Shown here piece by piece: positions 1 through 13,874 of a stretch of 64,000 bases of DNA; position 1 is the first letter of the stretch; every line of letters begins with the position of its first letter. The translations under genes were made by a program, and so were the position numbers. The DNA is taken from NCBI GenBank assembly GCA_950097015.1, contig CATNEN010000039.1, positions 6,758,001 through 6,822,000 of the forward strand, given 5' to 3'. This stretch comes from Macrostomum hystrix. Taxonomy: Eukaryota > Animalia > Platyhelminthes. The notes under the pieces were generated by a model. It was not told where the DNA came from, did not search any database, and worked only from the letters and a program-made list of their open reading frames with translations.

Positions 1-454
1 GTTTCGTTGAGTGCAGAACAGATCCGCTGCGGAGCTGCGGCTAAGAAACTTTGAGAGAAAAACAGGGCCGGTTGAGAGAGACAGTGGAGGATGAAGGGGA
101 GGAAGATGGTTGGGGTGGCGCGGAGAGCGTAGCAAGAACTCATCCTTGGGGACACCGAAGTGCCTTCTAAAGCCGAAATTGGATTAAGCCCAAGTGGTTC
201 CTTCTCGTTCAGAGCTCTCCCGAACTCTTGTGAGAGGGGTTGCTATGCTATTGCTATGCGGTTCTTGAAGCAACAACAACTGCTGTCACAGAATCAAACG
301 GCAGGCGAGTGGATAAGCTCATAGCCCAAAGCAAATCCATCTGAGGTCTGACCTGTTTTTCGTCTGGCGCAATAAAAATTGCTATTTCTTGTTTCTATTT
401 TTAGAATCTGACTGGCCTTGACTCATGCGCCTGGTGCGTGAAATGTTTCTTAGA

Positions 455-1690
455 ACGGCGAAGAGATAAGACAGGGGAGAGATGAGGCAGCGGAGAGATG
501 AGACATAGGAGAGATGAGGCAGGGGAGAGATGAGACATAGGAGAGATGAGACTGAGTAGAGATGAGACATAGGAGAGATGAGGCAGGGGAGAGATGAGAC
601 ATAGGAGAGATGAGACTGAGTAGAGATGAGACATAGGAGAGATGAGACATAGGAGAGATGAGACTGAGTAGAGATGAGACATAGGAGAGATGAGACTGAG
701 TAGAGATGAGACATAGGAGAGATGAGACATAGGAGAGATGAGACAATAGAGAGATGAGACATAGGAGAAATGAGGCAGGGGAGAGTTGAGACATAGGAGA
801 GATGAGATATAGGAGAGATAAGACATAGGAGAGATAAGACTGAGTAGAGATGAGACATAGGAGAGATGAGATATAGGAGAGATGAGACATAGGAGAGATG
901 AGACTGAGTAGAGATGAGACATAGGAGAGATGAGACTGAGTAGAGATGAGACATAGGAGAGATGAGACTGAGTAGAGATGAGACATAGGAGAGATGAGAC
1001 AATAGAGAGATGAGACATAGGAGAAATGAGGCAGGGGAGAGTTGAGACATAGGAGAGATGAGATATAGGAGAGATGAGACATAGGAGAGATGAGACTGAG
1101 TAGAGATGAGACATAGGAGAGATGAGACTGAGTAGAGATGAGACATAGGAGAGATGAGACTGAGTAGAGATGAGACATAGGAGAGATGAGACAATAGAGA
1201 GATGAGACATAGGAGAAATGAGGCAGGGGAGAGTTGAGACATAGGAGAGATGAGATATAGGAGAGATAAGACATAGGAGAGATAAGACTGAGTAGAGATG
1301 AGACATAGGAGAGATGAGACTGAGTAGAGATGAGACATAGGAGAGATGAGACATAGGAAAGATGAGACATATGAGAGATGAGACATAGGAGAGATGAGAC
1401 ATAGGAGAGATGAGACAATAGAGAGATGAGACATAGGAGAAATGAGGCAGGGGAGAGTTGAGACATAGGAGAGATGAGATATAGGAGAGATAAGACATAG
1501 GAGAGATAAGACTGAGTAGAGATGAGACATAGGAGAGATGAGACTGAGTAGAGATGAGTCATAGGAGAGATGAGACATAGGAAAGATGAGACATATGAGA
1601 GATGAGTCATAGGAGAGATGAGACATAGGAGAGATGAGATATAGGAGAGATGAGACATATGAGAGATGAGACATAGGAGAGATGGGGGAC
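455..1690 (+). repeat. 16-bp minisatellite (GAGAGATGAGACATAG)n, ~75 units; probably the expanded internal repeat of a decayed hAT MITE
   Basis: Direct tandem periodicity; unit matches the internal repeat of the MITE at 29844-30278 at 14/16; flanks resemble the MITE copy at 35375-35602. Confidence 0.9.
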
Positions 1691-2320
1691 AGCAACATGC
1701 CAAGATTAGGCTCCAGAACTAATAAATCGCTTGGATCGGGCAGTATCTAGGCCGACTCCTGACCCAGAAGCAAAGCCTAGGTCGTGTAGTAGCAGCCGCT
1801 AGAGAACGGTGCGATCGGCTGAAGGACTTGGGAGGCCTCAAGAAACTCAGGGCCGGCTGATTGGCCAAGAAGTTAGTAGATTTTGGCCTCTACAGTCAGT
1901 CCACCAACAGAATATAAATAACTTTCGCTTCCTAATTTAAACTCGCCTACTCTAGCCGACGCTTTTTTCACGTCTCCATGGTAACACGATGACACAGTCA
2001 TCAACAACCTCTATAAATTCTTGCAGCCAGTAGGGGCAGGTTAAAAAAAGCAGCCGAGACTGAGGGAGAGGCAGACCAACGCAGAAGGTCTCGGACGCAG
2101 TGCTTAAGTGGTCCTAAGTGACTTCCCCTGTGGTTTTGGGAAGTTTTCATACCCACTTCCAACTCCCTCTCTTCAACCCAGTCTCCGTGTTCCACACCTC
2201 CACGCAAGGCCTTCATTCATTAGCTTCACCTCCCGACCAATCGTCCGCATAGTTAAACAATGCCAACCCGCCCCGCCTATAGTTCCAGCTGAAAGCAGTC
2301 AGAGACAGAGAAGAGCGCTC

Positions 2321-2836
2321 AGTGAGTGAGTAAGTGAGTGAGTGAGTGAGTGAGTGAGTGAGTGAGTGAGTGAGTGAGTGAGTGAGTGAGTGATTAAGTG
2401 AGTGAGTGAGCGCGTGAGTGAGTGAGTGAGTGAGTGATTAAGTGAGTGAGTGAGTGAGTGAGTGAGTGAGTGAGTGAGTGAGTGAGTGAGTGAGTGAGTG
2501 AGTGAATGAGTGAGTGAGTGATTAAGTGAGTGAGTGATTAAGTGAGTGAGTGAGCGCGTGAGTGAGTGAGTGAGTGAGTGAGTGAGTGAGTGAGTGAGTG
2601 AGTGAGTGAGTGAGTGAGTGAGTGAGTGAGTGAGTGAGTGAGTGAGTGAGTGAGTGAGTGAGTGAGTGAGTGAGTGAGTGAGTGAGTGAGTGAGTGAGTG
2701 AGTGAGTGAGTGAGTGAGTGAGTGAGTGAGCGAGTGAGTGAGTGAGTGAGTGAGTGAGTGAGTGAGTGAGCGAGTGAGTGAGTGAGTGAGTGAGTGAGTG
2801 AGTGAGTGAGTGAGTGAGTGAGTGAGTGAGTGAATG
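2321..2836 (+). repeat. (GAGT)n microsatellite with GATT/AAGT/GAGC/GCGT/GAAT variants
   Basis: Direct. Confidence 0.95.
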
Positions 2837-3506
2837 AGAGGGAGTGTGAGTCTGCCACAGTGTGCCAGTTCTTCCATTGTTACATTCCGCAGAAGCGCCG
2901 CCACCGCGGTGACCAGCACACAACGCCCATCCCTTGGCAGCTATGCTCTTAATTTCTCTTCCTCACGAAAAACAGAGCGAGAAAGAGGGAGAGAATAAAA
3001 AAGAGGAAAAAAGAAGCTGGATTTGGCAATTCTGGCGATGGCGAGAGACGCCACGGGAGTCAGACGGAAGCCCGGACTGTCCCGCCAATGGCTTCGGCCT
3101 CCCCACACCAATGCCCCCCTCATTTCCAAAGCCAACCCATCCCCTATAGCTGAGCTCACACAAACCACTCAGGTCTCACTCCTCACCCGCCACCCCAGAC
3201 CCAGCCACAAAATGCGGCCCTGATCCAGTCAGATCGTGTCCAGAATCCCCAGCTGCACCTCCCGCCCCAAAAGCCCTCTTTCTTTCCCAGTTCCTCTTAT
3301 CTGAGTCGAAGCCTTTGGCGACTCGCCCGACCATCCGACCACCGAACAACCCCCCCCGACATTCTCTCTCTGTCACTCCGCCTATCTTTAAAAATTTTTA
3401 AACTTAAAATTACATTTCTAGGCAGTCCCAGCAGGCGTTTTCTACGCTAATTTTTACTGCAATTGCCATGCTAAACAGACGGTCCAGCCCGAGCTGCCAC
3501 TCTTGA

Positions 3507-3749
3507 ATGTCGGATCACCGATTGCGCCAGCCGCCACAGCCGACGCCGCCGTTGCAGCAGCAGCAGCAGCAGCAGCAGCCATTGCTGACTCAACCGCTGC
3601 AGCCTCACCAGCTACTTCTGCTTCAGGAGGACTCAAACGACTCTGGCCTGAGTTCCGAAGCGTCTGCTTACTCAAGAGACGTGCTGGAAGGGGCAGCAAA
3701 CTATCAGCAGCAGCAGCAGCAGCAGTTCTACCAACCTGCATACCAGTTT

Positions 3750-3804
<55 letters not shown>

Positions 3805-3917
3805 TAAACCAGTTTCAACCAAGGGCGGTGCATTTTGCACCCTCGAGGCCGCGCCTACAGCAGCAGCGTCGTCTGCCGCGTACGCCCTCAACGGAAACTC
3901 AGCTTAGTGTTCAGCAG

Positions 3918-3955
<38 letters not shown>

Positions 3956-3986
3956 TCCGTTCTTTAGTTCTGGCTGGAATGCACTA

Positions 3987-4018
<32 letters not shown>

Positions 4019-4413
4019 ACGGCATCAGGCACCGCGCCAAGAGTACAGCTCGGACTCCGAGTTGCACCAGGGCTACTCGGCCGCTGGTAGTCGGCGCGGC
4101 GGCTACACGTCCGCTGACGAGACCAATGATTTTTACCATAGACAGCAACAGCAGCAGCCTACGCCGCTGCAGCAGCCGGCGCATATGCGCCATCGATTTG
4201 CTTCTGGCAATGGCCTAGACAGAGGCTTCGCAGGATTGTCTATAGGCAGCGACGCCGCCGTTGATTACTATGGCAACGGGTCTTTAGTGATGCCGCCGCA
4301 GCCGCTGGTCGGCGACTATCGCAGCGCTCATTTTCCCTACGGGACGGCGACTTCGCAGGTCAGCGTCCGGCGTGGCCCGGCTGCTTCGGCGGCGCAGTTT
4401 TCAGCTGTCTATG
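3507..4413 (+). CDS. syd-1: SYD-1/SYDE-like C2+RhoGAP protein, exon 1 (polyQ, low complexity). Model join(3507..4413,11775..12959,13675..13835,15455..15668,16818..17107), 918 aa
   Basis: ATG directly after an in-frame TGA; 300-codon Q-rich ORF; GT donor at 4414 (phase 1) fits the phase-1 acceptor at 11775. Linkage to exon 2 is inferred from phase only. Confidence 0.65.
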
Positions 4414-5494
4414 GTAAATTCTTCAGCTGTTAATTTTAGTTGTACAAATATGCAGGGAGAAGACGAGTAGGAAATGAAACACGGAAAATTCTTTCGTTTG
4501 TTTAAACCCTGAAAATGTAATTACGACATTAAAACCCGGAAAATTAGACTACGGCATTCAAGCACGAAAATTTTTATAACTACATTACTTGAGCTATTTA
4601 CGTGATTTCAACCCGAAAATTGAATAAAATTTGATGCAGTAAATAAACCTGATATTTAATCTTAGCTGAAAGGGGGTTATTATCCAATTATAAAAGCTAG
4701 AACAAGGATATCAGTTTCAGAGCCCGCGGATACAAAATTCTGTCCCAGTTTTTCTTCGTTTAGTCAGTCCCGCTCGTGTTGGTTAGTTGCTTTTACATTG
4801 AATAATATCCTGCGGACCTGTTGACGGCCTCAGACAGAACCGGAGATGGTCTGGGAAAGAAGGCAAGGGAGTGGCGCGGCTTCGGCAGGGCCAGGAGCTG
4901 CAAATGAGTTCCCCAGTCCTGTGCTTCATTCTGATGCGGCCAATTTCCAATGCCTCGAGGTTTAGGCCCAGCCAAGGGGCCAAAGATGCACTTGAAAAAC
5001 ACTGCGTGGGTGTCGCCGCTTGCCTGCTTGGTCGGGGAGGAACGCTTTGGGGTGGCTGCTTAAACAATTTTGTCTTGACCTTTCCTCTCGAGGCTGTCGT
5101 CTTCGCTGCTGCTGCTGCTGCTATTTCTGGCAGTTCTAGTCTCACAACATTTCCGCGCCTCTTATCTCGCCATCACTCTTCCACAATCCACAATTCTGCC
5201 GATGCTTCAACGCGCTCTCATCGCAGAACTCTACTATCTCAGTCTCTCACCTTCTACCTAAATCTCCATTCAGTCTCTCAACTCCCAAGCAAGGACCACT
5301 AGTAGTTAGCCGTACATTTCTCGCGCTCACAAGAAGCTGCCGCCGAAACTGTTCACTCATACAAAAACTGGATCTCTGCATGCAACCACAAAAATTGAGA
5401 GCATTTTTTGAATCGGCCTTCAAAAAATTGACACGACTTACGAATACATCGTCCTACTCTAGTAGTCCTCGCTCCCAAGTCGCTCTGAATATCT

Positions 5495-5920
5495 CCTTAA
5501 ATCTCACCCCTAGATCTGCCCCATCTCTTTAAATCTCACCCCCTAGATCTGCCCCATCTCTTTAAATCTCACCCCCTAGATTTCCCCTATCTCCCTAAAT
5601 ATCACCCCTAGATCGCCATTGTCTCCTCGAATCTCACCCCTAGATCTCCACCATCTCCTTGAATCTCACTCCTAGATCTCCCCTATCTCCCTAAATCTCA
5701 CCCCTAGATCGCCATTATCTCCTCGAATCTCACCCCTAGATCTCCGTCATCTCCTTGAATCTCACCCCTAGATCTCCATCATCTCCTTGAATCTCACCCC
5801 TAGATCTCCACCATCTCCTTGAATCTCACCCCTAGATCTCCACCATCTCCTTGAATCTCACCCCTAGATCTCCACCATCTCCTTGAATGATCTCCACCAT
5901 CTCCTTGAATGTCACCTTTA
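5495..5920 (+). repeat. ~32-bp minisatellite (ATCTCCTTGAATCTCACCCCTAGATCTCCACC)n
   Basis: Direct. Confidence 0.9.
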
Positions 5921-6269
5921 AATCTCGCCTAGAGTGCTTTAATCTCCACTTTCTCTCAAATGCTCAGTTCCAATCTAAATAATCTACCAAAAACTCTGTC
6001 GCTCGAGTGGGAGCAAGTTGAACTCAGGTGGCAATGCTGAGTCCGCGGCCCATTCCACTGCAGCGATCTGGCTACAGCTCTATATGCGAAGCCGACAGCA
6101 TCTTTTGATCTGGCGGCTCAGTGGTAGGTGTGTTGCGCACTTTGAGAATAGTCATAAATATTAATGAGACCACACAATATGGCATTGTTAGTTTGTTATT
6201 TAGTGCCAAGCGCGTAGCTAGGGAGAGGGCCTAGACTATGGCTAAATGCATTCTGGAGGGTGCTCCGGA

Positions 6270-7120
6270 AAGTGCTCAGGAAAGTACTACGGAGAGTGCT
6301 AAGTAGAGTGCTGAAGAGAGTGCTACGGAGAGTGCTAGTAAAGTGCCAAGGGAGGTGCTTCAGAGAGTGCTAAAGAGAGTGTTACGAAGATTGCTAAGGT
6401 GAGTGCTAAAGAGAGTGCTACGGAGGGTGCTAGGAGAGTGCTAAAGAGAGTGCTACGGAGAGTGCTACGAAGAGTGCTACGAAGAGTGCTAGGAGAGTGC
6501 TAAAGAGAGTGCTACGGAGAGTGCTACGAAAAGTGCTAGGAGAGTGCTACGGAGAGTGCTACGGAGAGTGCTACGAAGAGTGCTAGGAGAGTGCTACGGA
6601 GAGTGCTACGGAGAGTGCTACGAAGAGTGCTAGGAGAGTGCTACGAAGAGTGCTAGGAGAGTGCTATGGAGAGTGCTACGGAGAGTGCTACAAAGAGTGC
6701 TACGAAGAGTGCTACGGAGAGTGCTACGAAGAGTGCTACGAAGAGTGCTAGGAGAGTGCTAAAGAGAGTGCTACGAAGAGTGCTACGAAGAGTGCTACGG
6801 AGAGTGCTACGAAGAGTGCTACGAAGAGTGCTAGGAGAGTGCTAAAGAGAGTGCTACGAAGAGTGCTACAGAGAGTGCTACGAAGAGTGCTACGGAGAGT
6901 GCTACGGAGAGTGCTACGAAGAGTGCTACGGAGAGTGCTACGAAGAGTGCTACGAAGAGTGCTAGGAGAGTGATAAAGAGAGTGCTACGAAGAGTGCTAC
7001 AGAGAGTGCTACGGAGAGTGCTACGAAGAGTGCTAGGAGAGTGCTACGGAGAGTGCTAGGAGAGTGCTACGGAGAGTGCTACAGAGAGTGCTACGAAGAG
7101 TGCTAGTAGAGTGCCACGGA
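6270..7120 (+). repeat. 11-13-bp minisatellite (GAGAGTGCTACG)n
   Basis: Direct. Confidence 0.95.
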
Positions 7121-7461
7121 GAGTTCTGAACGCTGAACGCATAATTTGGAAACGCATTGACTTGAACATTGTTTTTGCCAATACTAGAGGCGATGAATTG
7201 AGAAATATGGAGGGAGTGACCGGCGGTTTGAGGGCTACCTGAGTGCTCAGAGTATGGGGTGGGTAAATACACCCCGCTGTATCAAAGAATGGCAGCTGAC
7301 TGTTTTGTTCAAATATTTGCAGCAGCTGCAGCCAGTGTTGCAGCATTATATTAGCCCATCTTCTCCATGGCCGCCATTACAACTCAATTTGCGATCGAGT
7401 AAAGTACTCCGTCATCAACTATGAATTGTCAATGTCCAAGCGGACCCTATCAATAAATTAG

Positions 7462-7520
7462 TCTGTCTGCCATCTATCTATCTATCTATCTATCTGTCTA
7501 TCTATCTGTCTATCTTTCTT

Positions 7521-7551
<31 letters not shown>

Positions 7552-7680
7552 GTCTATCTTTCTTTCTATCTATCTATCTATCTGTCTATCTATCTGTCTA
7601 TCTTTCTTTCTATCTATCTATCTTTTTATCTGTCTATTTATCTATCTATCTTTCTATCTATCTATCTTTCTATCTATCTT

Positions 7681-7719
<39 letters not shown>

Positions 7720-7835
7720 ATCTATCTATCTATCTATCTATCTGTCTGTCTTTCTATCTATTTATCTATCTATCTTTCTATCTGTCTATCTATCTGTCTT
7801 TTTATCTATTTATCTATCTATCCATCTATCTACCT
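7462..7835 (+). repeat. (TATC)n microsatellite
   Basis: Direct. Confidence 0.95.
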
Positions 7836-8671
7836 ACGAAGCCAATGATAAGCCAGGTCCCCGTGACCAGACCAGCTATGGTCTCATCTCCATATTATTC
7901 ATTTGTTAGACTATAGGATGTATCGGATGTCAATTCCCAGAAAAATGTACTTTTTTCCTCCCTGACCGCTTGATTGTCCGTCATACCCTGAGCCATGATC
8001 CCAGTATTTCCCAATGTGCCTGTCAACTAAAAGCAGGAGGCTCCACAATCTGTCCCATTGTTTTTTGGGGCACAACACATCCATATTTTTTAAGCTTTGG
8101 GGGGAGACACAAGCTAGTTTATTATCAATTCATACTTCATACCTGCAAGCGGCAGGCCAGATCGAGTGTGCCAGGGTCCAGTTCTCTATAATCTCAATAG
8201 TCCCAACTGTTGGTGGGGTGGGGCAGAATTTGATTTCCCTCACTCTCCAAAAGCAGCAACAAAATGTTGTTTTTTTCCGTGCCGGGAATGGGTAGGCCTA
8301 CCCAACTCTGTAGGCTAGCAGCACGACTGCTCATAACCTGTATTTGCTTCAATTTTAGCCCGGAACTGGGTTTAGGGAGAAGTCGGAGCTGCTCGAAAGT
8401 CTCGAGGCGGGAGGCTGGGGGGATGAAGAGGAAAAAATTGAGCAGCCAAGCGAGTTTCCAGTCGCCCCACCCCACCCGCCGCCTCACAAATCGAGGCAGC
8501 AGCGGCAGGAATTTCAGGCGGGTTATTTTTTTCTGGGCTATAGCAGCAGAATTTGCCATGGCATAAATTATGCATGGGGTCGACCTGAGCCTCAGCTGCT
8601 GCTGCAGATTTTTTTGCCATTTTCCTATTTAGTTGCCACCGCTTCTGCATTATTTTCTGATGCTTTCCTTG

Positions 8672-8785
8672 CTGTGTATGCCGATCGGTTAGAGCTTCGG
8701 ATAACAAACTGAGAGGTCGCGAGTTCAAATCTGAGACGCAAAAATAAGCAGTTCGTGTCCTTCAGCAAGGCACTTGATTCCCTAG
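8672..8785 (+). mobile_element. Divergent tRNA-derived SINE fragment
   Basis: GGTTAGAGC...GAGTTCAAATC (A/B-box-like) followed by GTGTCCTTCAGCAAGGCACTT, as in the other SINE copies. Confidence 0.55.
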
Positions 8786-9391
8786 AGTATATCATTTGGT
8801 GGCAATAGACCAGCAGCCAGCGAGGAGGCAAATCAGCCTGGGCACACACGCACACAGGTGTGTACATCTGCCCTGACTGGCTCATTGTCAGGCAGTGTCA
8901 CCAAGCCTTGTGGGGTTGGCCCTACAGCCCTTAGCAAAGATTTAAAATTCTAATTTCCAAGAAAAGATGTGAAAGAAAATGCTATTAAAGCGCGAGATTG
9001 AGATTCTCGCGAGTCTGTTAAAGCTCAATAAAATAGTTGGTCAACCGTGAGAAATTTTCTAATTTCCTTAATAAACAACTCGCAATGCCCCGATAGAAGA
9101 CGACCGCCAGATCTGCACGAAAACAGAAGCCCGAGATAGGCATCGAGACGAAATTATAGATTTTCTGTCAGCTTAGGGCAGAAGTATATGCTGCTTAGAT
9201 GCTTGTTGTTCAGGGGCAGCCAAGTGCTCTGTTAGAGAATAAGAACTGTTCTGGATCCCGCTGGGAGTACCGCGGAGGACAGGCGGGCAGCGCGTCCGAT
9301 CTGTGAACCCGATAAGACTTGCAGCTGCGCCTCATGCTGGCCGACTGAGACAGAAGCAGCCTAGTAACTGCCCGGTGCGATAACAGTGAGC

Positions 9392-9392
<1 letters not shown>

Positions 9393-9427
<35 letters not shown>

Positions 9428-9431
9428 CAAT

Positions 9432-9503
<72 letters not shown>

Positions 9504-9507
9504 CAAT

Positions 9508-9543
<36 letters not shown>

Positions 9544-9581
9544 GCCAGACAGCCAGACAGACAGGCAGACAAGCAGACAGG

Positions 9582-9614
<33 letters not shown>

Positions 9615-9854
9615 AGCCAGACAGAGAGACAGCCAGACAGACAGACAGACAGGCAGACAGAGAGACAGCCAGACAGACAGACAGACAGGCAGACAGAGAG
9701 ACAGATAGGCAGACAGCCAGACAGACAGGCAGACAGGCAGACAGACAGACAGACAGACAGACAGAGAGACAGACAGACAGACAGAGAGACAGACAGAGAG
9801 AGACACAGAGAGAGAGACAGACAGCAGACAGACAGACAGACAGACAGACACAAT

Positions 9855-9910
<56 letters not shown>

Positions 9911-9979
9911 CAATGACAGACAGACAGACAGACAGACAGGCAGGCAGACAGACAGACAGAGAGACAGACAGAGACAGAC

Positions 9980-10036
<57 letters not shown>

Positions 10037-10094
10037 GAGACAGACAGAGAGACAGACAGAGAGAGAGTCAGACAGGCAGACAGACAGACAGACA
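9393..10094 (+). repeat. (GACA)n microsatellite
   Basis: Direct. Confidence 0.95.
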
Positions 10095-11539
10095 AATTGG
10101 GTGACGAGATGCAGAGATGAAGTGGTGTGAAAAGCAACGAAGGCACAGAGATGAATTGTGAGATGTGTTAGAAAATAAATAATTATTTTGACTCTGGCCG
10201 AGCTCAGAAAGCATCGGCAAGCCCTTGCTTTTCCGCAGCTTCCGGGACCCATTCTCAGCTCTGAGCCGGGCCTTGAAATCCCCGTCTATTTCCTTTCAAC
10301 TCCCCATCCCGTTGTCCGTCAACTTGCAAACTGCTTTTTCTCGCCTATTTTCCCCCCCGCCGAGTTGCACTATGCTCTGAGCTCGGTAGATGGCAGAACG
10401 GGCCAGAGGAAGAGAAATGAAAATCTGGGCAAAGGGTAGCCTGGAAGCAACTTCCCCAATCCCTCGGGCAAGTGGAGCTGTGGGGTGGGCGCCGCATACT
10501 TTGGGAATTCGAACTGTCGAGCAGTGCAGGATCGGGATCCCCTTTTTCTCTTCCCGTCTCCCCGTCCCGCAGGCTGCACTGTGTGAGAGAGACACGGGGG
10601 GGAGATTTTTCTCGCAGGGCCTCACAAATCACGCCAAGTCGAGGAAGTACGCGAGAGTATCTAGGAGCCAGTTCTTTCTTGTCAGCTTTTTTATTTCCAA
10701 AACGCCAGCTCACTGAGTGGTGCACGCAGAGTCTTACAGTCAATGAGTTCTTCTACATTGCTCCTATTGGAATATCTGAGGGATATTATCCTGTTAGGAA
10801 ACGTCATAACAAGGGACGTGACAGCGAGGACACATTATTTTTAAGCTAATCGCCTTACTAAAATGCTATCATTCTATTTGAGTATAAAATAAAATGCCTC
10901 ACTTTTATATATGAAGGCGAAATAGAATATTATTATATGGAACAATGTTGCGTAGGCGTCAACACTGATAGAGCAGTATAGGGAGAGGGAGAGACATAGC
11001 TCGTGTGCAATCTCCCCTTCCAGTTATCCCAGGACTCAATTTGCACTGCAGCAATAAGGCAACTACCTCACAGCAGCAGCAACAGACGCGGAGGAAGTGA
11101 CCCTCGCCCCGTGTCCTCGTCCTCTCGCCCGCCGCCCCAACAAAATCCTCCCCATCGGATCCCGCAATCCCACAGACAAAACCGGGCGGCGCATCCGTCG
11201 CGGGAGTTAAAAGTCTTCTCTCGCATTCGGTCTCCGGGTATTGATTACGTAGCGCAGAAGCGGCAAGAATCGGTTGGTGGCCTGGAAACACCTGCTTAGA
11301 AGAAACACGACGCAGTCATAAACATAGAGAGAATGCGGCTGCTCAATAATGGGCATATTTTAACCAGAAACCGGGCCGATGCGACCGAAACACGCTCGTA
11401 TGCCTAATAAATAAATGCAAGCCATTTGATGTTCGGTACAACCATAATAATACACATGTTCTTCAACTCTTTATTCCCGTATAAGCCTATGTTTTTGATT
11501 CCCGACTGGTCAAAACACTTCTTATTAAGTGCTTCTTGA

Positions 11540-11709
11540 GTCTGTCAGCCTGTCTGTCTGGCTGTCTGTCTGTCTGTCAGCCTGTCTGTCTGGCTGTCTG
11601 TCTGTCTGTCAGCCTGTCTGTCTGTCTGTCTGTCTGTCAGCCTGTCTGTCTGTCTGTCTGTCTGTCTGTCAGCCTGTCTGTCAGCCTGTCTGTCTGTCTG
11701 TCTGTCATT
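11540..11709 (+). repeat. (TGTC)n microsatellite, inverted relative to 9393-10094
   Basis: Direct. Confidence 0.9.
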
Positions 11710-11774
11710 CAGGCTTGCTGTTTTACCCAAACAGGCATCTCAGAAAGCATTGTCCTCATCCTTCGCTTATCAAG

Positions 11775-11925
11775 GTGACGGCCTAATCAGTCAGGGCCCG
11801 GTTGAGCAGTCTCACCTGCAACAGGCCTACTCCGTGGACGAATACGGCAGGCGTATTAAGCAGTCGCTGCTGCCGCAAGCCCCGGCGGGCAGTTGGAGGC
11901 AGCTTAGCGCCGATTGTCTGAGCTC

Positions 11926-11970
<45 letters not shown>

Positions 11971-12841
11971 AGTTCCGTACGATCTAAGCTCGCCAACATA
12001 CAGTCAGCAGCAGCAGCAGCCGCAGCCGACGCCACCTCCGAGCCGTCAGGACGTTGCCAATTTGGGCGCCTCGGCTGTGCAAAAATTTCGCGTCAAAGAC
12101 TGGGAGCTCGCTCGCTTCGCCGCCAAGGTCAACAGGCTCGAGTTTCGGCCCTGCCCAACCGAGCGACGTCAAGCGACGCAGCAGATGCAGCTGCTCCAGC
12201 AGCAACCGCATCTCAATTATCCCGCAAGCGCCGCCGCAGAGCAGCTTCTGCCAGGCGTTGACGGAGTCGTCCGAGTTCACGTCATCGCCGGTGTCGGCTT
12301 GCACTCGTCGCACGCTGTTCTGCGCGACCTGTACTGCCTCACGGAGCTGGACTCCGCGCGCACCGCCAGATCGATGATCCGAACCAGCACCGACTGCTTC
12401 GAATGGGACGAACAGTTCGACTTGTTCGCTAGCGGGGCTCGAACTCTAGGCTTTCTGCTCTACCAGTGGGATCCGAAGAGCAAGCACCGGCTTTGCTTCT
12501 ACGGCAGCCTGAGCCTCTGCGGCCTCCTCGCCTCGTTCCGCCAACGCGGCATCCGCTCCGAGAAGCTGGCCCTGGGCCTGGAGCCGCGAGGCGAGCTCTA
12601 CCTGGAGCTGACCCACTTCGCCATCTGCGAGGTGATGTGCCGCACCCAGCCGCACAGAGCAGCCGCCGCAGCCAGCAGCTTCGGGGCGCCGATCGAGCTG
12701 GCTGCCAGGAGAGACCGTCTGCCAGTGCCCGCTATTGTGCGCCGCTGCGTTGAAGAGGTTGAAAAACGGGGCCTCGATGTGCCGGGAATCTACAGGCTGT
12801 GCGGATCCAATCGCAGCAAAATGGCTCTTAGGGAGGTCTTT

Positions 12842-12900
<59 letters not shown>

Positions 12901-12959
12901 GAGGGCTTCAAGCATCGATCTGTCAGCTGAGAAGGTGCCAGATATTCATGCAGTTACTG
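11775..12959 (+). CDS. syd-1: SYD-1-like exon 2: C2 domain and N-terminal half of RhoGAP
   Basis: VHVIAGVGL..LRDLYC..FEWDEQF..LYQWDPKSKHRLCFYG..LEPRG resembles the Syd-1/RhoGAP100F C2; VPAIVRRCVEEVEKRGL..GIYRLCGS carries the RhoGAP arginine finger; donor GTAAGT at 12960. The 5' acceptor is the least certain boundary. Confidence 0.9.
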
Positions 12960-12993
12960 GTAAGTCTCGACGACCTTAGTATCTAATAATTCG

Positions 12994-13600
12994 TGGTCTG
13001 GTCACTCCAGTGCCTGGTCACTTCAGTGCCTGGTCACTCCAGTGCCTGGTCACTCCAGTGCCTGGTCACTCCAGTGCCTGGTCACTCCAGTGCCTGGTCA
13101 CTTCAGTGCCTGGTCACTCCAGTGCCTGGTCACTCCAGTGCCTGGTCACTCCAGTGCCTGGTCACTCCAGTGCCTGGTCACTCCAGTGCCTGGTCACTCC
13201 AGTGCCTGGTCACTCCAGTGCCTGGTCACTCTTTATCCTGGTCACTCTTTTTCTTGGTCACTCTTTATCCTGGTCACTCTTTTTCCTGGTCACTCTTTAT
13301 CCTGCTCACTCTATTTTCCTGGTCACTCTTTATCCTGGTCACTCTTTTTCTTGGTCACTCTTTATCCTGGTCACTCTTTTTCTTGGTCACTCTTTATCCT
13401 GCTCACTCTATTTTCCTGGTCACTCTTTATCCTGGTCACTCTTTTTCTTGGTCACTCTTTATCCTGGTCACTCTTTTTCTTGGTCACTCTTTATCCTGGT
13501 CACTCTTTTTCCTGGTCACTCTTTATCCTGCTCACTCTATTTTCCTGGTCACTCTTTATCCTGGTCACTCTTTATCCTGGTCACTCTTTATCCTGGTCAC
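12994..13600 (+). repeat. 16-bp intronic minisatellite (CCTGGTCACTCCAGTG grading into CCTGGTCACTCTTTAT)
   Basis: Direct; two subarrays share CCTGGTCACT. Confidence 0.95.
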
Positions 13601-13674
13601 TGTCGATTCTAGTCACTCAAGTACCTGGTCACCACAGTTTCATTTACTTTCAAGCCACTCTCGCATGTTTGCAG

Positions 13675-13835
13675 GCATTCTGAAGGACTATCTGCGCGAG
13701 ATGCCCGAGCCGCTCTTCACCAATGCCCTCTATCGCATGCTGATCGACGCTCTGACTGTCCAAATACCGGGCGATCCCCGGGGCGGCGCCAAGCTCATGC
13801 TGAGCATCCTAGACTGCCTGCCACCTGTCAATCAG
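13675..13835 (+). CDS. syd-1: SYD-1-like exon 3 (RhoGAP: GILKDYLREMPEPLFT)
   Basis: Canonical LKxYLRELPEPL motif; TTTGCAG acceptor, GT donor, phases fit. Confidence 0.92.
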
Positions 13836-13874
13836 GTGCGACTTTGGCACTTATGGTTTATGGGGTGCATGGAT

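Noticed and set aside
382-1703. Three overlapping 365-438 aa minus-strand ORFs
   Set aside because: Translations of a 16-bp tandem repeat that is stop-free on one strand in all frames
8260-8295. VVFFRAGNG resembling the start of the Syd-1 PDZ domain
   Set aside because: Immediately followed by a stop, no further PDZ similarity, no supporting splice sites
9210-10252. SVCL/TDRQ-repeat ORFs (likewise the THSL, HHPWILW and VGQAVWW ORFs elsewhere)
   Set aside because: Microsatellite and minisatellite translation artefacts
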